Source of the DNA: Camelus ferus
Taxonomy: Eukaryota
Direction: 5' to 3'
NCBI RefSeq assembly: GCF_009834535.1
Contig: NC_045698.1
Span: forward strand, 8,806,001 to 8,870,000
DNA: 64,000 nucleotides
Shown: piece by piece, positions 25,600 to 38,623 of the stretch
Layout of the letters: each line of letters opens with the position of its first letter
Position numbering within the stretch: the stretch's first letter is position 1
Notes under the pieces: model-generated
What the model was told of the DNA's origin: nothing
The model's database searches: none
The model's input: the letters and a program-made list of their open reading frames with translations, nothing else
Made by a program: the position numbers and the translations under genes

Positions 25600-26134
25600 T
25601 CTCTTGGTCGTCTATTGTTGCATAACAAATCACTACAAACCCAGCAACTTAAAATACTTACATTTAGGGGTCACAGTCCAGGCATCAATTGGCTTCATCC
25701 ACTGTTTTGAGTCTCCTGGGGGTGATCCAGGTGTCAGCCAGGGTTGGGAGCATCATCTGAAGACTTGGTTGTGGCAGGGTCTATTTCCAAGTTCACATGG
25801 TGTTGGCAGATTTCATTTTCTTTTGGACTGTTAGAATGAGGGTCAAAGTTCCTAGCTGGTTGTTGGCTTGAGGCTGCTCTCAGTTCCTTGCCAAATGAGC
25901 TTTTCCAACATGAAAACTTGCTCCATTTAACCAGTTAAGGGAGAGAATAGGCTAGCAATACAAAAATGGCAACCTTATGTTTCATAATCATGGAAGTGAC
26001 ATCTGTGCCTTTGCTATATTTTATTGGTTAGGATGAGTCTCAGGTCCCACCCATAGCCAAGGGGAGGGGTATATCCAAGCGTGAATACCAAGAAATGGCG
26101 GACCATTGGGCTATCTTACGGTCTACCTGCCACG
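25600..26134 (-). mobile_element. MaLR solo LTR (MLT1-type)
   Basis: CTATTGTTGCATAACAAATCACTACAAAC..GTTGGCAGATTTCATTTTCTT..ATTGGTTAG..CTACCTGCCAC. Confidence 0.8.
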
Positions 26135-28300
26135 TTGTTGTACAAACTGTGGTTCAGTCCTTTATAGAGCTTCAGTCTATCACACCATTCAAAATAAAAG
26201 TTTAAAGCATACAAATTGCAAAAATAATGCAGTTTTTTCATATTATTAAAATTTATACTAAAGAAATATAATAGTGCACTGAATCAAATATGCTATTATG
26301 TTTGACCTCAGAATGTATTTGAGTCATTCTGCATTTGAACACCATGAAAAAGGGACAACTGTGATTCTGGCAGTGCGATATTAAACAACGTGAGGTGATG
26401 TAAAATTTACTCATAAAATTTTTTTGTGACAATGCCTATAGAAGCCCTGAAAAAATTTACGTGACTTTCTAATTTATGCACAGGTTTATAGATGTTGGGG
26501 TCAGTACTTTTGATCAAAGAAGGGAAGAGGACAGGAGCCCATCCTTCAGATTCCATTACTGTACTCAGATAAATTGGGAATCTCACTGCCATGCAAGGTA
26601 AATTAGGACGCCACATAGCATTCCTTTGATGACATGTTCAGAAACATATAAACTTTAAAAAGAGGTACTTCTGATTCCCAAAGGGAAAACAGCTTTATGG
26701 GGATCAAATTAAGTATCATCGTTTAAGGGACAAATCAGCTAAAGCTGAAGGAAGAGAATTAAAAACTCTACCCAGTATACAACTTTTCTTGTTCGGCATG
26801 TTATTTTGTAATAATAAAGTAAATGTAAGGTCTAATCAAAAGCAATAACGCATCTTGATTAGATAAATTAATTCTTTCTGAAAACATGCTGTAGTCTTGT
26901 TTTAGCTGTTTAGATTAAATACTTCACAAATCATAAATTTTCATATTTACAAAATTTCCTCTTTAAATTAACAGCTCTGCCAACCAGAGGATATCTGGTT
27001 TTGGAAGTACTGCCAAAAGAAGCATTTTCACCTGTTACTGGAATTTTTAACATTATACTTCATATATTTGCTTGATTCCTTTATATGCAGTCATCTGAAT
27101 TTATATAATTTACTGTGTTCTCAAGTTTATACTCTCCAATCATTTATTCAATTTTTAGGGTCCATTTTAATGGTGAATAAGTGATTTACAGGTGAAGTTT
27201 TTCTAGCTTTGTGCCCAATTTTATTGTTATTGTATCCAATGTTGAATCCATTATGTAGAAATATTGCTAAAGATTGAAAAGCTAGCATGATACAATTTAG
27301 AACCAGTACATTAATTCTTAATTCTACTTTAAGACTTTTAACTGCATAAAAGCTTTGGACTCTTGAAAGTACTCATCTATCAATCACAGTTTACTTTTAG
27401 CTTTGGTAAGAATTATAGCTTATCTATTTATAACTTCTTTCATGCACTATTACAGTCATATGTGATTTAAATAACATGCATTCACACTTCTATATAAAAT
27501 ACAGAAAGAAAATTTCTAGCAGATGAGATAATCATAAACAGATGTTCTAATATTTTCTTTCCTCATCTTACTGAAGTGTTTTTCATACCCAGTTTTAGAA
27601 ACTATATAGCAGGAGTGTAATAATAACTGTGGGTATAGATCGATGGTGTAAAATATTGGCTCAGATAAATTAAAAATAAAAGTGGACAACTAATCATTTT
27701 CATTCAAGGTAACAGAGAACAAAGTGAAATCAGTTCTTATTGCTCTAAACCTATCTTTATTCAGTTGTTTTGAAAATAAAAATTAGAAAACCACCATGGG
27801 AAAAATTTAATCTTTTATCAGCAACTTAAGAGACATTTAAGTAAGTGGTTAGAATCTATTGGCTTATATGTTTCTAATATAATATACTCTTTAATATTCA
27901 CATAAATGTATTCACTTAAGAAATAGGTGAACTCCAGTTGTAAGAAAGCCGAACACTTACTTTAGAAATTTTGCTTAATAGCTTTTAAATTTTGGAAAAT
28001 AGAAATCTGAGATAAATGAAGTATAACTTTTAGTTAAATTGACAATACATTTTAAAGTGTAACATTTGTTCTTACCTGAAAGATAAAGTAGTTATTTAAA
28101 ATGTTTAGCTGATTTCTGTATAAATGTTTTATAAATTATAGTTTAGTTCTTCTGATATTCAAAGAAAAGGTCACCAAACAGAATAGACATATTAAATCAT
28201 GTTTGTACAATTGAATACAGTTGATTGGCACAATGATGTAGTCGGCTTAACTTTCCTCATGGTTATGAACTTCAAGTTATGTCTCATGCTGACTGTCTTT

Positions 28301-28680
28301 ATTTTATTTTAACATTTTTTATTGAGTTATAGTCATTTTACAATGTTGTGTCAAATTCCAGTGTAGAGCACAATTTTTCAGTTATACATGAATGTACATA
28401 TATTCATGGTCACATTTTTTTTCTCTGTGAGCTACCACAAGATCTTGTATATATTTCCCTGTGCTATACAGTGTAATCTTGTTTATCTATTCTGCATATG
28501 CCTGTCATTATCTACAAATTTTGAAATTCCAGTCTGTCCCTTCCCACCCCCCTCCCCCTTGGCAACCGCAAGTTTATATTCTATGTCTATGAGTCTGTTT
28601 CTGTTTTGTATTTATGTTCTCTTTTCTTTTTAGATTCCACATATGAGTGATCTCATATGGCATTTTTCTTTCTCTTTTTT
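28301..28680 (-). mobile_element. 5'-truncated L1 (cetartiodactyl/camelid-type)
   Basis: L1 3' UTR with poly-G tract (CCCACCCCCCTCCCC on +) and TTAGATTCCACATATGAGTGA; 17-bp TSD TCATGCTG(A/G)CTGTCTTT at 28284-28300 / 28681-28697. Confidence 0.92.
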
Positions 28681-30854
28681 TCATGCTGGCTGTCTTTGAA
28701 GCTTGTGCATTCATTCTCCAAATGAATGCATTTGTATTAATCAAAAACTACCTCATTTTGAAGTTCCAACTCAAGCTATATATTTTCCTTTAGGGTTTAT
28801 CCATATTGTTTCAAACTCTTCACTCTACTTGAAACTGTCATCAGTAGTTCTGGCATTGAAATATATACTGAAATATATACTTGCTCTGAATTATGTTTTC
28901 ATGGGTACATGCAGTAAGCTACTAGAATATAATATGGTATTTGCTTGATTGATTCAGGTCCTGTAAGATCTTGTAATATAAATACCACTATATGCAACAG
29001 TTATTATGACAGCCCTGCTACGGAGAATGCTAATTTTGGCACGTGCTGTACAGAAGCAGAGGGTTATTCAAAGTTGTAAACATGGCCACCATGGAACTGA
29101 CCTGCTTTCCCTGCTGGCTCAAGTAAGATCGATCTCAGTCAGAAACTCTCACTGTTAAGTAAGACTAGGTTTTCCTAATGAAATATAAAATGATACATTA
29201 ACATTATTAATTATCTATTTCAAGATTAAGTTAGTTTGATAAACCCTTTTTAGAGTGAGTTTTGAAAACATGGCAACTTGAGAGGGTGAGTGGCACTGGT
29301 GTGTTTGATACGGTCCTAGATACCGCAAAAGTCTAAGAACAGACCTGAAAAGGAGGAGGTAAGCATACGAATTACACACATATTTAATGTAGACTCATAA
29401 ATATGTAAATAGCCAATACTCTTTTATGCAAAATATTGTGCGACCTGGTAGCATAGTGTACTATATGAATACGTTTTTACTCTCCATGAAATTTATATTC
29501 TTCCCTTCTGAATAGAGTTTAGGATCAAGATTTACTTAATTCTAAACAAACTTGGGAATTGATAAATGGGTACAAATTCATCTATAATGCCAACAATTTT
29601 TGGATATATAAGGAAACTAGTCTATATGTTAATAATTGTAAAATGAAATTTAGGTGTATAACACTAGATGACAGTCCACAAAATTGATTTTCTTATTTAG
29701 TGAATTTTAAATAGCATTTTAAGCTTGGGTATCTTTGTTTTTCTGGGGAAGAAAATAATTTGATTCAGTATAATAAAGCCCAGGCTTAAATGGCAATCCA
29801 AGTTACCAGTTGATAGTTGATTGGAACCAAGATTGAGTCAGAGGTAGGAGAGTTAGGGGTACTTGAGTGTTGTTTCATATCAGAGGATATAAATTTATTC
29901 TTCAAATTTGGAAAATAAGACCTCTTATGTATATGGGGAAAGTTCACAAACTTGCATTTCATAGGTTCTTTGCCTTGTTGCAAAAACACTAGTTTAAATG
30001 TTACCTGAAAATATAAAAAACTTTAAAAGTAAATTTTCACTAGCAAATTTTTCATCTGCTTGCTATATGATAATTTACTTTCTACATAGCATGGCATACA
30101 TTTTCATTATTTTTATGAAATCAAAATTCATTGTTATTTGGACTTTCAGTTGTGGTCTAAACTGGAATGAAAAATTGCACAAAGATCCTTACATTCTTAG
30201 AAAATAAATTGTATATCGAAGCGAAAGAGTCTTTAAATTGTGAATGTACCCAGCAATCAAGGCATAATTTGGGCAGAATTTATGCCTTTAGTGTTATACA
30301 CGTATTTAACCTTGCACGCTAGATGTTTGGCTGAAATCTGTCTGATACGTGCAAGGTAAATCCTTTGGTAGTGTCATGAATGAGAGACCTATTCTATGTG
30401 GCAGGAATAGTTCCTCTGTCTTTCTAGTACACAATAATTCAGCGTCTTGACCTGTATTTTATAATCAAGATACTATTGAAATAAAAAGCTTTCCTTTATA
30501 ATTCAACTTATGTGCTTAATATTTGAGTCTTACTTACTACCTCATGTACAGTATAAATGCTATTTCAAGGATGATATACATATATTTAAAATTTCAGATA
30601 CACCTAGTTTAGTGTGATTCAGCGAAATATTCATATAGGACTAGCAACACAGTTATAGAAAAATGCAGATAAAGCACTGCCACTTAACACAGCACTAACT
30701 ACACTGGTTAAACTTTGAAACATTAATGAAAGCACATTAAGAGCTGAATCTGGAGTGTGTGGAAGAACAAAAGCCATCTCTGCAAATTGATTGAAAGAAG
30801 AGTCTAGCACTAGAGACCTGTAATCACAGCGGCTCACGCTGCAGGATGCTGATC

Positions 30855-30868
30855 GTTGCCATAGCAAC
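30855..30868. promoter_or_regulatory. RFX X-box motif
   Basis: GTTGCCATAGCAAC fits the GTNRCC(N0-3)RGYAAC consensus and lies in non-repetitive DNA. Confidence 0.55.
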
Positions 30869-31115
30869 AGACTGTGTTTTGTTACATCATGGAAATAAGG
30901 AGTGTGAGACTTGTGCGTGCAACATGCCACCCAGGGGACAAATACAAAGCCATTACAGGAAAGGGTAATATAAGATGTAGTCACAGTAAAGATGAGCATT
31001 TTGAAAAGGGCAATGACGAAAGCACAGGAAGACAGATGTGCAGCTCACGAAAATTCTGTTTTTATATTGGGGCTTTCATTTGTAACCATTCTTAATCGCT
31101 GTTATCACTGGCTAA

Positions 31116-31253
31116 TTTTCTTTCTCCCCCTCCTTCTCCCTCCCTCCTTTTCCCTTCCTCCCTCCCTCCCTCCCTCCCTCTCTCCCTCTCCCTTCCTCCC
31201 TCCCTCCCTCTCTCCCTCTTCCTTCCTTTCTTCCTTCCTTCTTTCTTTCTTTC
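31116..31253. repeat. (CCCT)n/(CTTT)n polypyrimidine tract
   Basis: Direct inspection. Confidence 0.9.
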
Positions 31254-31494
31254 AACACAGTCGAGTGCAACTTCAAAAAGAAAGTTAAAATTGTTACCTA
31301 TTTCATTTCCTGAGATACTGTGCTTAATTTTACCATCAACTCAAAGAAACATAAAATATTTAATTGTGTTTGTTGTGAAGATTGCACTCATCCAAATATT
31401 AGACTGCATCTATAATGTGGGGAAAATATACCACATATTAAATTGCATATTCCAATCATATGTACAGGTATTCCAATACTAATGAAGCATATTA

Positions 31495-32275
31495 GACTCA
31501 AAATGTTTATGAAAAGATGTTCCATATTGCTTCCTATTCATTAAGAAAATGGAGACACACCCACAAGAATGGCTAAAATTAAAAAGCCTGGCATTCCAAG
31601 TGCTGATAAAGATAGGGAAAACGAACTCTCATACATTACGGATGGGAATTCCAAATGGTTCATTCCGTTTGGAAAGCCATTTGAAAGTTTCTTATAAAGT
31701 TAAACACATAACTGCCTTACACCCTATCAATTGCACTCTGAGATATTTATTCAAGTGAGATGAAAACAAAGACAGGTATGTGGATATTCATAGCAATTTT
31801 ATTTATAGTGTCCAAAACTGCAGAGTACCAAATGTCTATTAACTAGTGACTGGATAAACAAATCCTGGGATATGCATGCCTTGGAATTCAACTCAGAAAT
31901 GGGAAGAATGAGCTACAGAAACACAGAAAAGCATGAATGAATCTCAAAAGTGTTTTGCTAAATGAAAGAGGCCAGACACAAAAGACAATATACTGTATGA
32001 TACAATTTTTATCCAATTCCATAAAAATCAGTATTTGAATGACAGTAAACAAATCAGTGGTTGCCAAGGATTGGAGGTGGCACCATTTTCATCTCAAAGT
32101 GGCATGAGGAAACTGTTTGAGGAAAACTTCTGGAGAGATATAAATATTCCGCATTTTCATTGTTGTAGTGAATCCACAACAGTATACATTTGCCAAAACT
32201 CAGCAAACAGCACACTTTAAAGGGGTGTGACTTATTGTATATGAAGTATACTTCAATAAACCTGATTGTAAAAAA
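31495..32275 (+). mobile_element. Old L1 (L1MC/L1ME-type) ORF2 end and 3' UTR
   Basis: AGAATGGCTAAAATTAAAAAG..GAACTCTCATACATT..ATCAGTGGTTGCCAAGG..CTTCAATAAA. Confidence 0.85.
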
Positions 32276-32883
32276 TCTTTGCCATTTTGTGATATAGATT
32301 CTGAAATCATATACTATTTAATTGTAACATCAAGCACATAAAATTTAAAGCACCACATTGTGGAAGTCATTGAGAGAAGCTGAATTTGTACTAAATGATT
32401 ATAAATGAGATGATCTAAAACTTATTTCAAAAAAGCTATTTAATATATGTATAGCTGTAACATTCATTACATCATTTTAATGATATTTATCTGAAAACAA
32501 ACATTCTTCATGAATTAGTAAGTAAAATGAAAATAGGTACCAGTATGTTACATAAGTAATATTTTGATTCTGCCACTCACCCCAGAAATGCATATTAATC
32601 ATTGAAACTTATGAAAATTTATTTGCTGCCTTCTATTTTACTTCCAATGGATAAAGTAATACAGGAAAAACATTTTAGTACCAAACGAGTAGTCAAGTTT
32701 TCCTACAACTGTCGTAAGGTGGTAACTGTCATAATTTAGCAAACCTAGTAAACACAGAATGGCATTTATTGTCAGAAAAATCTCGTTTTGTATCCTGATT
32801 CTATTTACATATGATCTAAGAAAAATTGCCTTAAATTATGAAACCTGAGTTTACAACAGTAAAATCTCAGTATTATTTATGAA

Positions 32884-33352
32884 TGCGTTAGTTATTGCTG
32901 CTGTAAGAAATCACCACAAATATGGTGGCTTAGAACAACACAAATTTATTATCTTAGAGTTCTGGAGGTCAGAAATTGAAAGTCAGTCTCACTGTGCTAT
33001 CGGCAATGGTGTCAGTGGGGAGAATTTCTTCTGGAGTCCCTGGGCAAGAATCCATTTACTCCTGCCTTTTCCAGCTTCAGGAATCCACCTGCCTTCCTTC
33101 TAGCCCCTTCCTCCATCTTCAAAGGCAACAGCAGACCACCTTCGGACCTCTAACTCTAATTTCCTGCCTCCCTCTTACAAATACCCTTGTGGTTACAAAA
33201 AGCCCAAAGTAGCCACATTCAAGATAATTTCGCCACCCCCAATTCTTAACCAGATCTGCAAATTTCCTTTTGTCATAGAAGGCAACATATTCAGAGGTTC
33301 TGGGAAATAGGACAGGAACATTTTTGGAGTGCCTGCCATTCAGCCTGCCACA
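32884..33352 (-). mobile_element. MaLR solo LTR (MLT1C/D-like)
   Basis: GCTGCTGTAAGAAATCACCACAAATATGGTGGCTTAGAACAACACAAATTTATT..CATTCAGCCTGCCACA. Confidence 0.85.
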
Positions 33353-34311
33353 ACTGGCAACGCTGAATTGTGTATCTGTTGGGCTTTCAATGGTGACTAA
33401 GAAGGCCAAGGCCCCGACCTCCAGAGTTTACAGTCTAGTAGGAATTTTAGCAAATCCTAGCAAGGTGATGTAGGACAAAAAATAACTTATAGGAAGGAAC
33501 TGATACAAAATCCTTAAATATTTACTAATATTTTAACAAGGAAAATCTAATAAATATAATTCTTTGGAGCATCCACATAAAAAGTAGTAATAATTAAGAA
33601 ATTATTTGAGAAAATGTAATTCAGAAAATGATTCTGTAAAAATTATGTGAAAAGATACGATCAGCAGCAAAGAGAGAATGCCATTCCAGGAATGAGTTTT
33701 GTAATTTTTTCTAATTAAGATTGAAACAGAGAGGGTGTTTAGGCACACTAAAATTAAGTAAATGTATTTGATAGATTTTTTTGAGCATTTTTGCTGGCAA
33801 TATTTATTCTTTATTCAAAAACTGATATTTATTATGAAAGTTAAGAGTCACAATTTATGGATGAGCCATTGGGGTTGGGAGAATGTACACAAAGTGGCCA
33901 GTCAGTGTATAGAACTTTTAGCATAAATTTGACTAGAGTCAAGCTCTTCTAGTCCAGAGCTCTTTGAAGAGCGAAAGCAGTTTGAGGTGTTCTGGGAGAA
34001 GAACATGGAGGGAAATGTGAAGCCTAATAGAGTACCAATTAGCTGTGGAGTACATGTAATCCAGGTTGTCATGGTGATGGAGATGGTAAGAGAGTTTCAA
34101 GCACAGTCCCCAAGGAGTGCCACTGCTGCATCCCATCCACATTTCAGTTAAGCCATGAGCTGAAGAGCTTTGTTTCCAGTATTTTACAAGTTGGTTTTCT
34201 TTGCCACAGACATGCTTTTGACAGGAACCTGAGTTTTCAGTTACCTTATTAAAATATATAGGATATGAATAATTGCATCTATATATGTTTTATTATATGT
34301 TTTGATTTCTT

Positions 34312-34388
34312 TTTTAATTTTATTTTTTATTTATGTGCAGTTGATTTACAATGTTAGTTTCAGGTGTACAGCAAAATGATTCAGTTTC
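34312..34388 (-). mobile_element. Very short L1 3' end insertion
   Basis: GTTGATTTACAATGTTAGTTTCAGGTGTACAGCAAAATGATTCAG; perfect 16-bp TSD TATGTTTTGATTTCTT at 34296-34311 / 34389-34404. Confidence 0.9.
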
Positions 34389-34644
34389 TATGTTTTGATT
34401 TCTTAAAAGCAAACTCAAAAATAAATTCACTGCAGTTAAGCATCATTACTTTAATGTTTCCAAATTATTTCTCTTAATACTTTTTTATTTCCAACCAATC
34501 AAGAATTTTACAGCTATTACTTTGGAAAATCTGATGACATGAATTTTTATCCTAGTTTCCAGGTGGTTTTAATACATTAAGCAGTATGGTAACACTGTTT
34601 TAAGATGCCTTATAGCCATGGTAAAAATTCAAGTATAGGTTTTT

Positions 34645-35350
34645 CTACAACTTAATTTGAAAATTTCAAATATAGAGAAAAATTTGAATGAGTTGTTTAA
34701 TGAGCATCCATGAACACTTTTTTTTTACCAAAATTATTTATGTTTTGCCATACTTTTAATTTTTTTAGATAAATATATAAATCATAATTTTCTCTGGCAA
34801 ACCATTTGAGAATAAGTTGTAGACATAATGACACTCCACCCCTTGCTACTGTAACATGAGTTTTCCAAGGACAAGGATATTCTCTGCTATAACCACAGTA
34901 CAATGATCACATTCAAAGAAGTTAGTGTTAAAAACCAATTCATGTTTGCTCAATGCCCTAACAGATCTCACAGCATTTTTAAAACAGCATTCAATTAAAG
35001 ATAATACTCTGTATTTAGTTTTCATATTTCTTTAACTTCCTTTAATCTAGAGTAGTTTTCCAGGCTTTTATTTCCTTCATAGTATTGATAATTTGGAAGG
35101 ACCTAGGCTTGGTGTTGGGTAACTGGATTTGTCTGTTTCCTCATGATTAGATTTACCTGATGTGAGTTCATGCCATTGTTGGTGAGGTTGAGTTGGATCA
35201 CTTGGCTTTCTTCTTTGTTAAAGTATCATTTCCCCTTTGCAATGAATAATCTACAGGATGATACTTTGATACTGTCTTATTATCCTGCTTCTCAACAACA
35301 TTTTACTGGATAATTTAGCATCCATTCCTGATCCTTGCCTCAATGAATTA
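34645..35350 (-). mobile_element. L1MC-type 3' UTR
   Basis: CCATTTGAGAATAAGTTGTAGACAT..ACAAGGATATTCTCTGCTATAACCACAGTACAAT. Confidence 0.75.
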
Positions 35351-35397
35351 TTGTTACCGAGTCCAGATCTTCTAAAGACTTACTTCAAAAGTCTTGA

Positions 35398-35509
35398 AAT
35401 CAAGATATGAAATCATATGTGTTGAAACTTTTGAAAATTGCAAAGCATTATAGAATTCAAAGAATCTTTCATTCAATGAAAAAAGAGACTAAAAAAATAA
35501 AATTTGAAA
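35398..35509 (+). mobile_element. Short L1 3' end of a second family
   Basis: GAAACTTTTGAAAATTGCAAAGCATTATAGAATTCAAAGAATCTTTCATTCAAT plus A-tail; TSD AAAAGTCTTGA at 35387-35397 / 35510-35520. Confidence 0.75.
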
Positions 35510-37802
35510 AAAAGTCTTGAGTGTGAGCTACCATGGGAAGGAGCATTAATTTGATGAGGCGGTGCTTGGCAGTTGGGGCAATCCCTGGTGGGATTATAGT
35601 CAAGTACAATTTTGTTAAGTTGGTTTTGTTCCCTAAGGAGGAGGGGACTATTTCTGTGTGTCTATGGCTCCTTGTTCTTTATTGTTTCTATAAGGCTCTC
35701 ACTTACTCTGCCTGCATCCTTCTTTCCCTTCTGTACCAAGTCTCCAGAGAGCATCTTTCATTTCAGGTTTCTCCCACTCACCCCCAGAAGTATTGCTTCC
35801 TCCTATGAACCTGCATGATTTCAGGTCACTTTCTTTCAATTCTCTAGAAGCTAGTGGTTTTGGCTTGAATTCCCTAGGAAAAAAAAACATTCAAAATGCT
35901 CCAAAGGAAACTGGTAAGGATGTTTAGAAAGCAAAAAAGGAAAGTGAAGGAAACCAGGTGAGCTTGTGATACCCGGCAGGGTTGTCTGATATCCTCAGAG
36001 TTGTCTCAATCATCAGCAGTGACACCAGCTTTCACAGCCCACACTCTGTGATCATTGGGTGAGTGCCACCTTTAGTTCTCTGTGTCTGCAAGAAAAAGGG
36101 CTCCACAAACCTAGCAGGGGTCCTCTGAAAAGGCAGGACTGATGTTGGCTGTTAGATGGAGTGGAATAAAGATGGGAGCATATGAAAATGCCATGAAATG
36201 GAAACTCAGAGGATCTGGTCAAAGGTTGCCATTATCCACTGACATTCACTACGATCTACCAGATCTCAGACTGTCTTCAGGTTTTCTAGACCCACAATGA
36301 GGCTTCTTTATTTCTTGGGGCGACCTTATCTGTATTTTGCCGCCTCTAGATCCCTCTCCTTTGTTGTGTTTTCCACAAAGGACCTCTTGGACTTTCTTGC
36401 TTCTGAATGGGTTCTAAGTCTGGCTTTGCTGGATTTGAGTGTTTATGTCCTATTTACGTATTATTTGAATATGGAATATTCTCTGTCTCCTAGTTATGCT
36501 ACTGGCCTTGATCAAAGATTTTTTGTTTGTTTTGATTTATTTTACCTGGGTGAAAGCATCTTTTGTTTTATTTATTATTATTATTTTTTGCTCTGTATAG
36601 ATCTTTGGAGTTTGAGAGGAGAGAATTGGATTTAGGCTGTTTGATTTGGGGGTGGAGTATGTTCTTAACACCTTGTATATAATCTTTATGATGATTTCTT
36701 AAATATATTTAGAGCTTTATATAATATAAAAGCATTTTCAATTCATTATTTTCTTCAATATCCTTTAGAAAACTTTGGTATTTTTAATCATATTACATTT
36801 TAAAAAATGAGGAACTTGTGGACCAATAAACTTGAATGGGTTGCCCTAGGAGGCATAAAATTCAATAATTCAAGGCTTATTGTCTCAGGGATTATAACGA
36901 GATATACCGCTGAGTTACATGCATAGCCAAACTCATATGCCGTGCATCTAGAAGCTAAGCATCCTGATTAGTGGATCCAATATAAGCAAATCTATGTGAA
37001 AAACTTTAGTTAGTTTGAAGCCGTCAATCAATCAATTCATCAATTCAAGAATTTATTGAGCGTCTATTATGGGTTTAATCACATTTCTTGAAATTTCTGA
37101 ATTTTTATATGGTTTTCTTGTAACCCCATGTACTTTTTTAGTCTTATTAGAAAATCTTCTATTTATTTTGCCTTAATTTTGCAACATGATTGGAATTCTT
37201 GTTGTACTGTTTCTTCCTACAAAATCTCTTAGCTTCACCCTTGTAAGAATATATTAGTTTCATAAAGCAATTATAAGACTATTTTGCCTAAATGAAATAT
37301 CTTTTCATTATATATCTAGCCATTGAAATTGTTGATAATATTAATCAAACTCTATGATTTCATATAATATGTTCCTATGATTTTTTACAGTAACAAAGAG
37401 ATTTTAATCTTACCACTAAAAGTCATTAATTTCAGCTCAGATTACACTTATTGTAGATAAAAATTGGACTCAGCCTTAGATATAATCTTAGCTAAATTGA
37501 AGTTGGCAATTGAAGTTGATGAGTATTGCTTTTGGTCTTTAAATTTTAAAGGCCACACTTCTTTGGAGTAAGTTTTCTGTTCTATACTTCAGCAAGGTGG
37601 GCTTTATAAAAATGTAGGACAAAGGACCAATGAACTTCACATACTTTTCCTTTCCATCAAGTCTTTCTATGCAGTAGTACAATGACTGCTGGAGTTTCCT
37701 AGGAATGCCCTAGTTTATAGATTCGTGTTGAATCTCTGCTGAGCTAATAGGGGCTAATCACCAATAAAGAGTTAAAGTATGTTCTCTTTCTGAATATGTG
37801 CA

Positions 37803-37837
37803 TAATTGGATTCCTGGACTCAATTCCAATGTGTGTT

Positions 37838-37873
<36 letters not shown>

Positions 37874-38623
37874 GTACACCTCCAACAAGAAATGTTCCAC
37901 AGACACCTGCTGGGTGTCCTATCATCCAACTCATTTATGACACTGTCTACCTGGAGACAGCATCAGATCCCACAGGTTAATGGTGCGGTCCTACAAGGCT
38001 ACCCTGACTTCCTCCAGCCCCCAAGTCACAAGCCCAGGTGATAACCTGTGCTTCTGACCTACTGACTGTAAATCAGAGGTTTCCAGAACCACCTCCTCAG
38101 GTTTGATTAATTTCCTAGAGCAGCTCACAGATCCCAGATAAACACTTTAATTAGTAGATTACTGGTTTATTATAAAAGTATATAACTTTTATATAGGGTA
38201 AGGTATGGGGAAAGAATTTGGAGGTCCCATGCCCTCTTCAGTCGTGTTAGTCTCCCCAAACCTCCACGTGTTCACCAACCTGGAGGCTCTCTGAACTCCA
38301 CCTGTTTGGGCTTTTATGGAACCTTCACTACACAAGCATGATTGATTAAGTGATTGGCCATTGGAGATTGATTCAGCCTCTGGCCTCTCTCTCCTCCCGA
38401 GGTCAAAGGGGCAGGACTGACATTTCTAACCCTTTAACAGTGTGGTTGGTTCTTCTGGTAACCAGTTCCCGATCCTTAGGTGCAGTCCAAAGGGCACCTC
38501 GTTAACATAAAGAAACACCTTTCAGGCTCTCAGCACTTAGGAAATAACAAGGGTTTTAGGAGATTTGCGCTAAAACTAGGGTAAAAAACCAAATATATAT
38601 TTATTATAAATAACAATATCACG
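37803..38623 (-). mobile_element. Solo LTR, MER21-like, containing a (TG)n microsatellite at about 37830-37871
   Basis: GACACTGTCTACCTGGAGACAGCATCAGATCCCACAGG..GATTAATTTCCTAGAGCAGCTCACAGA..ACAATATCAC; 5-bp TSD GTGCA at 37798-37802 / 38624-38628. Confidence 0.8.
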
